64,000 nucleotides of DNA from Takakia lepidozioides (lineage: Eukaryota > Plantae > Bryophyta). A program made the translations under genes and the position numbers. The first letter of the stretch is position 1, and each line of letters begins with the position of its first letter. The stretch lies in the NCBI GenBank assembly GCA_030704615.1, contig CM060732.1, forward strand, positions 67,084,001 through 67,148,000, in the 5' to 3' direction. Below, one piece after another: positions 1 through 13,544 of this stretch. The notes beneath the pieces are model-generated. The model made no database searches. It saw nothing but the letters and a program-made list of their open reading frames with translations, and was not told where the DNA came from.

Positions 1-2850
1 GAAGCGTTCATGTCCGAGTTCACTGCTACATTTGGAGAGAATGATATAGAGATAGTTACAGAAACAAAGATGCGAAATCTTCGACAAGGAGCACATCCTA
101 CTTCCGTTTATGCTGCCGAATTTCGACAACTTGCGTGCGACCTCGACTGGAATGAGAAGAGTCTCATTAGTCAGTTTAGATGTGGACTAAAAGATGATGT
201 AAAATATTTGTTGCTGACAATGTCAACCGTGAGTACACTAAGCGAATTCATCACCCAAATCATTGCATGCGATAATCGTTTGTTCGAAAGACGTCAAGAG
301 AAGCGATCTGGATGGTCGACGACGCATCATGTCGCTGCTATTACGGTACCAAACACAACGATCCATCAGACATCCGATAGTGATCATATGTAGATTGATG
401 TTGTCCGATTCAAACCATTCACGCCACAAGAAAAACAAAGACGACGCTCGAATGGATTATGCCTCTATTGCGGAAAAGAAGATCACATAGCATTAAACTG
501 CCCCAACAAGAGAAGATTCAAAGCTCAGGGCGCAACTCAAGTATTCGATATGAGGAGGTCGGAAAACTTTCATGTTCAGTCACAGTAGGGACCATGCGGC
601 TGGACACCACAAATCTCTTACCAAAAAAAGGTCTCTTTCTACCTCCAGATCCTGCCCCTTGCTTCATAGTTTCGGTAAAAATCAGAGTACAAAATCGAGA
701 TATCTCTGTAGAAGCATTTTTGGGATTTTTGGCATTTTTGGGATTTGCAAATTTCTATAGAATCTTCATCAAGAACTACTTCAAAATTACTGCACCATTG
801 ACACGACTCACGGGGAAGGACAAATTTGTATGGGACGAGAAGGCTGACCAGACATTTGAAAGGCTGAAACAGACATTTACAACAGCTCCAATACTGGTAC
901 ATGCAGACCCATCTAAATCATTCTTTTTGGAAGCAGATGCATCAGAATTTGCACTATCTCAATACGGTACGGATGACCGACATCACCCTGTTGGTTTCGT
1001 TCTCGCAAATTTTCCGTTGCGAAGATCAATTATGAAATCCATGTCAAAGAATTTCTAGCAATTATCGATGCTTTTGAGGAGTGACGTCATCTATTGGAGG
1101 GAGCTAACATCAGGTCACTGTCTATACCGATCACAAAAATCTTGAGTATTTTATGAGTGCTCGTGTTTTGAATCGACTTCAAGCGAGATGGAGTATGTCA
1201 CTAGCAAGGTTTAATGTTATTATTACCTACCGTCCCGGACATCTTTAAGGAAAACCAGATGCTCTTTCTCAACGATCGTATCTTGCGCCAAAAGAATGGG
1301 ACGTAGCTTTCGACCAACAGAAATCCATTATCTTGAAACCAGCAAATCTCCAATTGAATATGATATTCATATCCATCTATGACGATGCAGAGATCATAAA
1401 TGAAATTCAGGAAGCACTAATGAGCGACCAATTTGCTAAAATACTACGAAGTCAACTGAATCAATCTCAAGACCACCCACATGTTACAAACGATTTCGAA
1501 TTCAAAGATGGCTTACTTTACTTCAAGGGACTTCTCTATGTATCTCCAAGACCTATACGACGTCAAATTCTTCAAACAGGTCATGATCTTCCGACTGCAG
1601 GACATTTCGGCTTCAACAAAACAATGGAATTGATATCCAGGGACTATTGGCCGCCGCAGATATGGAAACTCGTGAAAAATTTATAAAATCTTGCGACACG
1701 TGTGCTAGAGCGAAGGGACCACGACATCGACCTTACGGCCTTTTTCAACCATTATCCATTCCCAAAGGTCCATGGTCGTCCGTGTCTATGGACTTTATTA
1801 CGGACCTTTCAATTTCCAAGACCACCAATCCAATCCTTGTTATTGTGGATCGTTTTACGAAGATGACACAATTCATTCCATGTAATAAGACGGTTACAGG
1901 CGAGGAAACTGCAAGACTCTTCTTCAATAATATCTACCGCATTCATGGACTCCCGAAGGTCATCGTATCTGATCGAGGACCACAGTTCATATCAAATTTC
2001 TGGATAATTTGCATATTGGATACTAAGATCAACCTCTCTACAGCTAATTATCCACAAACTGATGGTCAAACCGAACGCGTAAACCAGATTTTGGAGCAAT
2101 ATCTTCGTTATACGATAAATTATCACCAAGATAATTGGACGGACCTTCTGCCATTAGCTGAGTTTGCCTACAACAATATTATATATTATTCGAGCAAGCA
2201 AACTCCATTTTTCTCCAATTATGGTCATCATCCTCGAGCAAACCTTTTCCACATGAAGACTGTTGGAATCCCTGCTGCAGAAAACCTTGCTACTCATCTT
2301 GCTATGATTCACAAGGAGCTTACATTCCACCTCGTAGAAGCTCAAAAACAAAACAAGGAGTATGCAGATCAACATCGCCAACCCCAACCCCAGTTCAAGG
2401 TCGGAGATCTTGTGTGGCTTCTTCGACGGGACATACAAACCTCGTGACCATCAAGGAAGTTGGATTATCAACGCCTGGGACCATTCAAGATTATTCGACA
2501 AATAAATCCGATTAGTTTTCGGCTTGAACTCCCACAAAGTATACGCATCCATCCAGTCTTTCAAGTTTTATTATTGGAGTTGTATCATCCATTGAATATT
2601 CCAGGGAGAGTCTCCATACCACCTCCACCAATCGAAGTCAATCAGAAAATCGAGTATGAAGTCGACGAAGTCCTAGATTCTCGCATGAAGTATAAACGTC
2701 TTGAGTATTTCGTACATTGGAAAGGCTACGACATCAGCGAATGAATGTGAGAATGCATTTGACAACCTCGCCAATGCATCTAACAAAGTTCAAGAGTTTC
2801 ATCAACGATATTCAGCTAAGCCCCGAGCTACACGTCAATAAGACGTCACA
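1..2850 (+). mobile_element. Degenerate Ty3/Gypsy LTR retrotransposon (chromovirus), internal region: gag, protease start, RT C-terminus/RNase H, integrase, chromodomain; most of protease and RT deleted
   Basis: Retrotransposon Gag (LRQG..SV..YAAEFRQLACDLDWNE) with CCHC knuckle CLYCGKEDHIALNCP at ~460-505; FLGFANFYR..APLTRLT and FFLEADASEFA (RNase H) in ORF 459-1058; integrase HHCC (GHFG..CDTCAR) and core (SMDFI, IVSDRGPQF, YPQTDGQTER) at 1590-2450; GPF module and chromodomain (EYEVDEVLDSR..YFVHWKGY) at 2460-2800. Stops (e.g. TAG 391-393) and frameshifts. Confidence 0.95.
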
Positions 2851-3166
2851 ACAATATGACCTTATATATGTACTGGTTACTAGGAAGTTTCCTAAGAAGC
2901 TTCCCTAATGGAGGTTTCTTGATGGAGAAGTTTTCTTAAACAAAAGAGATATCTTGATGGAGAAGTTTCTTCTAAAAGAAGCTTCATGAACAGTTTCTCA
3001 AGTTACTTTCGGTAATTTGATAAACTCCTGGTAACTTGGTAATTCATGGTAGATTATGATAAATCATGATAAGTTACGGTAAATCATGATAACTTTCGAT
3101 AACTTGGTAACTTGGTACCTTTTGGTATTTACTCCTGGTAAGTTCCTCTGGGTTATGTCCGTGACA
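2844..3166 (+). repeat. Possible 3' LTR remnant of the Ty3 element, with short GTAACTTG/GTAA tandem motifs
   Basis: Follows the chromodomain; begins cgtcac (TGTCAC-like) and ends ccgtgaca, a TG...CA inverted terminus. The 5' LTR is outside the window, so this cannot be confirmed. Confidence 0.35.
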
Positions 3167-3433
3167 CGCTAAGCTACCCTTATACATTTTACAAGTTCAT
3201 CACTACAAAGTCTATCTATCAGACTATACTTACCCATATACATACACACACATATATATGTAAAAAAATGGGCAACATAGCTGGCTCTACGTACTCCTGC
3301 CCACTCAGAACAGGACAAAGTCTTGCAGGTGGTTGGTGGGATCTGGCTCCTTTGTTGTAATATGCCTTCATTCAATATGGTGCAATGTGCCTCTTTTTTG
3401 CGGCCCCTCTGGCGAATGGTGGGCTCACCAACA

Positions 3434-4240
3434 GCTTTTGGCCCGGGGAAGTCACTTCCAAAAATTTCCAACTGACGTGCAAAAAAAATATAGGATGCAA
3501 TTTATTCATAAAAGATAAAAATTAGAAAATATTTAAAAATAATAAATGGTACATTATATTGTGATCAAAGAATTTAAATTAATATAGGGTCTAAAATAAT
3601 GATTTATTTTTATTGAAAAATTTATTATAGGGTTGAGAATTATACCTATGAAAAATTCCAAAAGTAGGGTGTCTCAATATCCAATATAGCTACTGGTGTA
3701 GATGAGGGAAAATGGTGGCTAGGTAGGATTCAAAAAATGAGAACGAAGACAGGGAGCAGGTGGGGATATCGCGACGGCCTATTAATCTCCTAAATAGACC
3801 AACCATACCAGTTATGGTGTTATTAAACTACTTATCAAAATCTAGAGGACAATTGAAATATGATCATACCGACGACAAGTGGATAGATGTAGACTCAATT
3901 ATTAATTCAATCACTATGACTTTCGATAGAGCGCAAAACGTTTATACTTTGAATGCTGATGATGCGAATGCTTTAAATGAATTTATTTCAACCAAATAAT
4001 AAATTCATTTGTCTTGTAAAATAGACTTATCTTATTGTACTATTAATATAGGGTATCTAATATTTGTTTGAAACAAAAAATTATAATTAAAATAGCATGC
4101 CAAAAATTCACCATATTACAAAATTATGTAATTATAAGGTACTAAAAAAACCAGAGTAAAAGTAATACCCCCTACAAAATATATATTTATCTCACGTGCC
4201 CTATACAAGTGATAGGGAGTGACTTCCCCGGACAAAAAGC
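3434..4240 (+). mobile_element. Non-autonomous TIR DNA element carrying a transposase-like C-terminal fragment
   Basis: TIR gcttttggcccggggaagtcacttcc (3434-3459) matches the reverse complement of 4215-4240 at 23/26 positions; internal frame EGKWWLGRIQKM..DDKWIDVDSIINSITMTFDRAQNVYTLNADDA ending 3999. No TSD seen. Confidence 0.7.
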
Positions 4241-5009
4241 GGAAGTTCTCAGTAATGCAAGCGCGCTTTCTCTTTTTCAGATGTCAGACATTAGGGGTAC
4301 TGCAGATGCTAAGGAGTATTTTGCGCTGTGCGAGGTAGAACTAGCTAAATTGCGGAAGCGCTTGGTAGCACAGCAGGCATCCGCTCCTCCTGTCGACCCC
4401 CAGGATGTGCCAGCCCAAACTTTCAACAATACTCCTGCCGTCGTGAGCCCTACCATCGTGAACCCAGTGAATCAACCGCCCGCTACATTCGACCTCGGAG
4501 CTGCAGCAACAAAGCATTAATCTCCTCAACCATTCGTCCCACCCAGACGAAGAAGTGAAGGAATCAATTCTACGACGATGTATTGTCTCAACACGATTAT
4601 CACACTACTGATGGCGATTACGATGAGGATTACCGTCCCCGTGAGGGCTATGGCATCATAAAATTTCAATTCAATCCTCGAGTTGTACCTCACCAATTTC
4701 TTGTACGACAACCTATTTTTTATGATGATGAAAAACATAGAGCGATGACATGGGGTCTTTCAACAATAATGACAACTTCCGTGAGTATGTCTAAGTTATT
4801 CCATCTTGTTCTCATATCATCATGCTTTGGGGCTTTGGTTCATTGATAATCAATGTGACTACTACTGTGTGTAATAAATGCAAGAGATTTGTTTCAAATC
4901 AAGTACCTTGTACTATGTGTATGGTGGGCCTTCAAGTGCAAAGACTATGAATATCCTATGATGGACTCATAAATTTTATGTTGTACTTCTATTATGCTAG
5001 ACCTAGGGA

Positions 5010-5345
5010 CTGGCTCATTGTGAGTACCATATGTGAGTGAGGGGTTGACTGTCACTACCATGTACGAGTCATGGATAATTTCAAGATGGCTCATTATGAA
5101 TACTATATGTGAATATGGGGTTGACTGTCACTACCTTCCACTGGTTATGGATAATTTCTGTAGCATATGTGAGTGACAGTTGAGTACCATGAACCAGTGG
5201 CTTTCAAAAGGGCTCATTGTATGAGGGGTATGTGAGTGAGGGGTTGACTGTCACTACCATGTACCAGTCAGGAAAATCTCAAGAAGGCTCATTGTGAACA
5301 CTAGATGTGAATATGGGGTTGACTATCACTACCTTCCACTGGATA
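5010..5345. repeat. Four-unit tandem repeat with A-B-A-B higher-order structure
   Basis: gctcatt...atgtga...ggggttgact(g/a)tcactacc at 5012, 5089, 5212 and 5287; units 1/3 and 2/4 are most alike. Confidence 0.85.
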
Positions 5346-5563
5346 ATCAATGAGCATGGCTTTGTCAAATTTTAAAGTTCTAATTAGAGATATGAAAGAG
5401 AGTTGAGGATATATTTGAAATAATGTTACTTCATGCAGTTAGAGATATTATTATTTCCCAACGAGAATGGTTGTGTCTTCCATTCACTTTGCATAATAAG
5501 GTTTTTTTCATGGGTCATCCATTTCATGTCAGATGTAGAGTTAGTTTTATTATAGCAATAAAC

Positions 5564-6363
5564 CAGTGTTGGGTGGTTAACCGCCTGGACCCCGGTTGGC
5601 GCCGGTTCCGGTTCAAGTTATATGGAACCAGACCGAAACCTGACCCAATCCTGCAGAACTGGATCTGGAACTGGACCGGCAAATAGGGATCAGCCTAGAA
5701 CCGGAACAGGCGGTTCCTGCCGGGAGTCACACATATAAGAACCGGCAGGTTCCGGTTCCGGTTCTTGGATACTCCCAAAACCCTTGGTGGGCCCATGGCA
5801 TAAGATGGCGTAACCCTTCACATGTGTTGGAGACTTGGTGGGCCCATGGCAAAACTTCTTTAACTCTCTCAAGCTCCATGAGATCCTAAGTTCAATCATG
5901 GAGCTCCATGAGATCTTGAGTTTAATTTTCAGCTCCCGGTGAGAGTCTTGGGTTCACTAATCAAATTGCTAGTGTATGCCGATACATCAATCTAGCTCAA
6001 TTATATTAATAACTTCAAGCCACAAAAATTTATCTATTTTCTCTTATAGGTTTTTTAGTTTTTTTTTTCAAATTGTTTTTGCTAAAAACAACTACAAAAT
6101 CCCTGAATTTTAGTTGAATATTTTATTGTACCAACTAATTTCTGATAAAATATTTAAAAAATAAATAAAAATAAATAAATAAAGAACCGAAACCTAACCG
6201 GAAACTGGTGGTTTTTTTCAGCAACTAATCGGTAACCGGAACCGCCCCCGATTATTAGAACTCAAGAAAAAGAAACCGGAACCGAATCCGGAGCCATCTA
6301 TTGAAATTATTGTGGAACCAGAACCGAAAGTTCGTTCATAAATGCAAGAACCGCCCAACACTA
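5564..6363. mobile_element. Non-autonomous hAT element (MITE, 800 bp)
   Basis: TIRs cagtgttgggtggtt / aaccgcccaacacta; perfect 8-bp TSD CAATAAAC at 5556-5563 and 6364-6371; many subterminal GAACCGG/CCGGTTC motifs. Confidence 0.93.
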
Positions 6364-6949
6364 CAATAAACCCTACTTGCACATACGCCACTTACTATTC
6401 GACGAGTATGGTTCATAGGATTGGTAATCAATCCATAAGGCTGACGATGAAGCGTCAATTGCCTTTGAGTAGAGTAGGATCACTGCTTGCTAGTCATCGT
6501 CTCAATTCAGCCTCAAAGTGTCAAAGGTTCTGATTATTAACCTAATGTTGGGGGGGGCGCAGGGGAGGAGAGCATCAATAGAATCTTCCAATGTCTTCCA
6601 TCTACAAAACCGAATCTCAAGTAGCGAGCAAATTGAAATGATTACAAAAACGATTACTCACATGGATGGTAGCGAGCAAGAGAGAGAGATCATCACTTAG
6701 AATTTCTGAAGCTGTAAGTTGTTGTGAGAATAAACATGCAAGGCAAAGCAGTAACGACCCGAGCAGCGATCTTTCAACGATCGCGATTTAGTGGATGCAA
6801 CGGTAGCATAGTTTAAATCTTAATTCCAACGTCTCACCACTAAACTAAATGGATAAAACGTATAATGAAACGTGGATGAATTGTGGATGAAATATATTTT
6901 TCGTTAAACAAATTATTACTTCTATTTCAGGCCCTACTCTACCTCCCGC

Positions 6950-7184
6950 CACTATCTATTTTTTTTTCTCTCTCTCTCGTTGTTCATGCTCTTTCTCTTT
7001 TTCTCTCTCACGCTCCTTGCTTGTCGCTGCTCCTTACAGATGTCGCTCAAGATTATTATTATTATTATTATTCGGGTTTGTACACTCACTCGCTTACTCA
7101 CTCACTCACTCATTCCCCGCCCCTCGCTGCTCTGCGCGATCAGCCGTTTCTGGTTCGAAGAGCTGCGGCTGGTTGCGAGCAGAG

Positions 7185-7217
<33 letters not shown>

Positions 7218-7460
7218 GCACTCTCTATCTCTTTCCCGTCACTCTCTCATTGTTCTGCGTCATCAAACCAGCCGTTGCTCGTTCAGCGAGCATGAAGGTT
7301 TATTATTATTATTATTATTATAAATAAAATTAAAAAAATTATTATTATTAAATAAAATAAAATAAAATTAAATATATAAATTTAATAAATTTAAATAAAT
7401 TTACTCACTCTCTCCCCGTCACTCCCTCGCTGTTCTGCTCGTTCGAAGAGCTGCGGCTGA
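6950..7460. repeat. Microsatellite/low-complexity block
   Basis: (TTA)n at ~7053 and ~7300, (TA)n at 7187-7215, (CTCA)n, and duplicated gttcgaagagctgcggctg. Confidence 0.8.
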
Positions 7461-9487
7461 TAGATGGGAGTTTCAATTATTATATGATTGAAATGAAACA
7501 CAATCAAACATGTCATAATGGAGCCGCCAGTCAATACCGAGTTTCATCACAACTCGATAAACCTTAGAGCCGGAACACTTCTCATAACATAAGTTCATAT
7601 ACGTGACCCATGCTTCAACACTGTCAATTTATACTCCATATACGAAACCATAGATACGACTCTAATCAAGCCATGTTTGCAAATGTCTTCTTGTAGAAAT
7701 CATTAACAAATCAATTCAAAGTTAATCCCTGATTGCAACATTATACATTTATTCAAATGAATAAATTAAAAATATTACATATACGGATTTATGAAAAATA
7801 TAAATAAATAATAAACACAAAATATAAACATACATTCATCTATTGTACAACTTTAGTCTTAAAAAATCCCATGAACATCAAATGACTTCAATAGTCAAAG
7901 GATCTTGTGTGTCATCATAACATCTACCATCAGTGCGGCCATTCGTGTCGGGTCAAAACATTCACGTATCGTGGTCATATATCCCAAGTCTTAACAATAG
8001 ACTTTAATGTCAAATGACGATGGTCTGGGCTCTGACCAATGTATCATATAACGCATAGGATCTCAATGTCGCTACAGTCCGTCATCGGCACACCGGTGAC
8101 AACGGATATCAGATATGTCATGCCCCACTTGAGCTGCCATCGACATTGATCATATGCACAAGAAGATCAATGTAGCTCATTAATGGACAATCTAGACAAT
8201 TAATAGACATTTACAAACTGTTACACATTGCTCGATGTATCCATACCATGAGCAGACGACACAATGGGTGTACTGTCAACACTGTCACTACGACCCGACA
8301 TACAAAGCTCGATACTTTCCAATGCTTTAGCTCATCCTCAGTAAGTGGAAGAAGAACATGTGGATCAGGAACATCGTCTATATCTATATGATGGAGAATT
8401 TCATTGCTATTACCATCATCGTCGATGGTAATTACAGGATCAACAACAGCCTCATGCAACGATGGTGACTGACTCTGACATGGTCTCTGTCGACCACTAT
8501 CTCAATGAGTAAATATTAACTGTCATATCCATGATATGACTAATTATGGGAGAATTTGAGGACACGACTTGTAAACCATTTATTAATTTGTCACATTGAA
8601 CCACCAAAACACAACATCGAATACTTAGAACCAAAATAAATAGATGATAATAAGATAAAAATATACAATCATAATATTTAAATATTGTAAAGTTGAATCT
8701 AACTTAAAACATGTACATAATATTTTACTTATGCGATGCATAATCATACAGTTAGTATCATTCAGTAATATTAACGTATGATTGATGAATTATTTTAAAA
8801 ATAAAAATATTAAAAATAATATTTATTAGTACTTCAAAAACAATTATTTCTTAACTACAAATAATGAGATTATGGTATATTTAAATCGTTATGAAAATAT
8901 CAATGAATATTAAATTAAACTTAAAATTGACTGAGATTATTAATAAATTAATAATTAATCATTCAAATTGAAACTTAGTACTAATGATTACACAATGAAG
9001 TTCAAATTATTGGTATGAAATTCGAATACCAGAATTATGCTATCATTGAGTTTCATTGGATGACGCTTAAAAACTTACGTCTCAAAAATCAATGGTCGTG
9101 TGGCGACGTCCACACTCCAAATCGAAGGAGTCGGCAGTAAGTTTGTATGTGACAATGTCTCCCTACAATATGTCTAACCTAGTCGCAAGGCGGCCGCCCA
9201 AAGAGGTAGTAAATGTAGCAGACAACATCCCATTTCAAGTGGTCACCTAAAGTTTTCTCGAGAGACACACATCACATGTAAGCTGAAGACTTTCTCCAGT
9301 GAATGCATCTTGCACCCTGCTTTCTTCAAATTTATACTCATCTGAGTATGTTCAGCAACTGAGAAATCTCAATCATAATCGTGGTTCTTGGAGGCTCAAA
9401 CTCATTGAGGTACCATATTCTAGCTAATCACGCAATTAAGTGTACTGCAAAATCTCGGCTTGTGCCAAAGGTTGTAACAAGTACAAC

Positions 9488-12155
9488 TTGAAATTCGTTG
9501 AATACGTTCGACCTGACAGCTGGTCAATGATGCAGCCGTCCAAGCCGTGATTGCACGAAAAAATAAAAATATTATGAGAAAACTGATATGCGCGCCCCCT
9601 TTTTGGTTTTGTCGAGACATTCCGAGGAGTGGTTGCAAACAGGCTCAACATTCTTTGAGCCACCAAATTTTCGAGGAATGGCCATCTTCCATAATTTACT
9701 CTACTTTCGTTTCTTGCTTGTACGGACGTCTGTTTATCTCAACATTCAAAAAATTTTCTGATTTAGTTTTCTCTAGTTTAACACGTCGAGGAAGTGAATT
9801 GGTACTAAGTCCGACCAATGTCCCGTCGGTGCAATGGTGCAGCCACCGTACTTCCTCTCTATAATAAAATATAAAATATAATAATAACAAACATGAAAAA
9901 ATAAAATAAAATAAACTCAAACTCAAATACAACACAAAATAACAAATAGAAAAGTGAAGGCTTACGATTAAGAGCTCGAAGAAGAGCTTGTGCGATGAGC
10001 AAATGAGAGCTCCACATATTGATGTGTGAGATGAGCCCTTAGGCAATGATTGTTGGATGATGTGCGGATGATACGGTGTAGATGACCTCGGGGATGAATT
10101 TTTAACAATGCATTATAGATGATATGACTAGGATATAAAATAATGATAATTAATATAAAAATGTATGAGCATAGATGAGAAGTCATTATTATGGATTAAA
10201 TGTTAAGTCCTAGCTATTTGTTTTATTTTCAATAGCTGTCACCGCCAATATTGGTGGTCATCGTCACTATGTCTACGTATTTGTTAGGCGAGGTGGTTAC
10301 TGAAGTGACAAATTTTCATCCCCATACATATTTATTGTAAAACTGCATCGCCGTCGGTTCTAATGTGATGTGTCGTGACATGTGCAACCATATACTTGAT
10401 GTTAGTTTTAGTGGCGGAACACCTAATGTTTCACAAAGAGGTAGAAAGATTCTTGTACATCCTCAGCCTTTTCTGATGCCATAAAATTACATAGTCCAAT
10501 AATGGTATAAGGGTCTGCTGTTGACCTCAATCAACCGTGATAACCGATCTTACCCGTCTCGCATTTACTGGTTTTCCCTCTTTTGTTTGTCATTGACTTG
10601 AATGGATGAATTGAGTGGATGAATATTCAAACTATAAATTGATCGATAGCACCATCTTGTCATTATTTTCTCACAAATTCTCGTGCAACGAACTCTCTCG
10701 CATCTTACAAGACTGCATTGGAAGCTAGGTTGTGTGGAGAATTTGTGGTAAGCACCTCTTACAAGGTTGCAATGGAATCTAAGATACACCATCATATAAT
10801 ATCTCCATACGCTAAACCTGAAATTCGTTGAATGCATTCGACATGGCAGCTGGTCAATGATGCAGCCGCCCAAGCCGTGATTACACGATTTAAGTACGTC
10901 ACGACACAACGTTCGAAAAAACAAAAATGTTATGAGAAAACTCACATGCACGCTCCCCCACTATTTTTGTCGAAGCATTCCGAGGAGCAGTTGCGAACAG
11001 GCTCGTCATTGTTTGAGCCACCAAATTTTCGAGGAAGGGTCATCTTCCATAATTTACTCTACTTTCGTTTCTTGCTTGTACGGACGTCTGTTTCTCTCAA
11101 CATTCAAAAAAATTTCTGGTCTAGTTTTCTCTAGTTTAACACGTCGAAAAAGTGAATTAGTACCAAGTCCGACCAACGTCCCGTCGATGCAATTTGGTGC
11201 GGCCACCGTACTTCCTCTCTATAATAAGATATAATATATAATAATAACAAATATTAAAAAAATAAAATAAAAAATAAAAACTCAAACTCAAATACAATAC
11301 AAAATTACAAATAGAAAAGTGAAGGCTTATCTTTAAGAGCTCGAAGAAGAGCTTGTGCGATGAGCAAATGAGAGCTCCACATATTGATGGGTGATATGAA
11401 CCCTTAGACAATGATTGTTGGATGATGTGCGGATGATACGGTGTAGATGACCTCGGGGATGAATTTTCAACAATGCGTTATGGATGATATGACTAGGATA
11501 TAAAATACTGATAATTAATATAAAAATGTATGAGCATGGATGAGAAGTCATTATTATGGATTAAATGTTGAGTCCTAGCTATTTGTTTTATTTTCAATAA
11601 CTGTGACCGCCAATATTGGTGGTCATCGTCACTATGTCTACGTGTTTGTTAGGCGATGTGGCTACTGAAGTGACAAATTTTCATCCCCATACATATTTAT
11701 TGTAAAACTGCATCGCCGTCGGTTCTAATGTGATGTATCGTGACATGTGCAGCCATGTACTTGATGTTAGTTTTAGTGGCGGAACATCTAATGTTTCACA
11801 AAGAGGTAGAAAGATTCTTGTACATCCTCAGCCTTTTCTGATGCCATAAAATTACATAGTCCAATAATGGTATAGAGGTCTGCTGTTGACCTCAATCAAT
11901 CGTGGTAACCGATCTTACTCGTCTCGCCTTTAATGGTCTGCCCTCTTTTGTTTGTCATTGACTTAAATGGATGAATCGAGTGGATGAATATTCAAACTAT
12001 AAATTGATCGATAGCACCATCCTGTTATTAATTTCTCACAAATTCTCGTGCAATGGACTTTCTCGCATCTTACAAGGCTGCGTTGGAAGCTAGGCTGTGT
12101 GGAGAATTTGTGATAAACACCTCTTACAAGGTTGCAATGGAAGCTAAGATGCATT
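9488..12155. repeat. Tandem direct duplication of a ~1.35 kb unit (9488-~10790 and 10818-~12155)
   Basis: Unit starts tgaaattcgttgaat..agctggtcaatgatgcagccg at 9489 and 10819; paired near-identical spurious ORFs (9968-10186 vs 11333-11551, offset 1365). Confidence 0.92.
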
Positions 12156-13544
12156 TGGACTACCAAACGTTGTTGTGATCATTAGATGTAGACCATTGCA
12201 TATTCCTGAGCTCCCAAAGTGATGTTGACATCCATTACTACGTTGTGCATATCTCAGGATAATATTATATTCATTCCAATTAAAAAAACTCCAAAATCTC
12301 AATACAATCTGCACTATTTGTCAATTTAAATAAAATTGAAGCAATTCACATCCTCACCAAGACAATGTATGTTGTTGGATCAGAGGAGAAAATGTGGTAC
12401 ACAACTGCTCAAATGATTTTCTTGTTATACCAAATAAATGAAAGACATATCTTTTCTTCAAAACATTGTACGATAAATTTATCACACATACTGTCAGTAT
12501 CCCAAATGTGAAGTTTTTTTTTGCTACCTACAGAATATGCCAAGCATAAATAATCTCCAAAAAAGCTAATTACATTCTGTAGTACCAGAAACACATTAAA
12601 GTGCATATTTTTTGATAAGTCAAGCTGAGGACAAATGATCAAACTCTATTTGGAGGTAGTTTGCAAATTGAGGACATTGATCTTTTACAATGTGTTGCAC
12701 AAATCTCTTCAATCATAAGTTTCACATGACATTTCAGACATTTTATCCAGGAGCACATCAAGCACAATTGTTCATATAAAACACGCGCAAAAGGAACGCA
12801 AGGGCCCATAGACTAAATATAAATACCAAATCTAATCCAAACATACAAGCAACATCTACATAGGAGATTGATTTTTATGTTCAAATACAACATACTCAAT
12901 TATAAAGGCGTTATATTTTATGGTTGTCATATTCCAATATTAAGAAAAAAATAATATTGCATTAAAATGCTATAATCGCAAACAAGAGCAAGCAATTTGT
13001 GATCCCATATTGAGTAGAAGATTCATGACATTTCAATAGGCTATCCTAATTCTCTTAGTAACCATATTCTTATTTTAGGTTTCTATACCAAAGTGAGAAG
13101 ATGAGATATTGTGCTTAATGGACAATTGATTATCTTTAGCAATGATTGTCTCCTTACTTGTTAGGAGATCAATGGTATGTACAAGCATTATGTGGATCAT
13201 GCCCTTATAGAGGTGATGGGAAGGATGAAGAGCCTATCGTGAAAAGAAATCACAATAGAAAACATGTATAAGGCCAATTTTTTAATTTGGTATTCTCAAA
13301 AACATTTGACATAAGCTTGGAAAACCACCCAACCACCCCCCCTCCCGGCCATTTTAAATTAAGCGTCAGCCCAGCTGGTGTGACCTCCTCTTCTATCACA
13401 ATATATTCGGCCAATTTAAAATGAACCCTACATGTTGGTGCCTATGTGGGTCATGCATCCACTCATAAAAAATGAGGACATTTTACAGTTTATTTTGGCA
13501 CATAATATAGATTTACCATGGATCATTTTATATTTTGGGATCAT

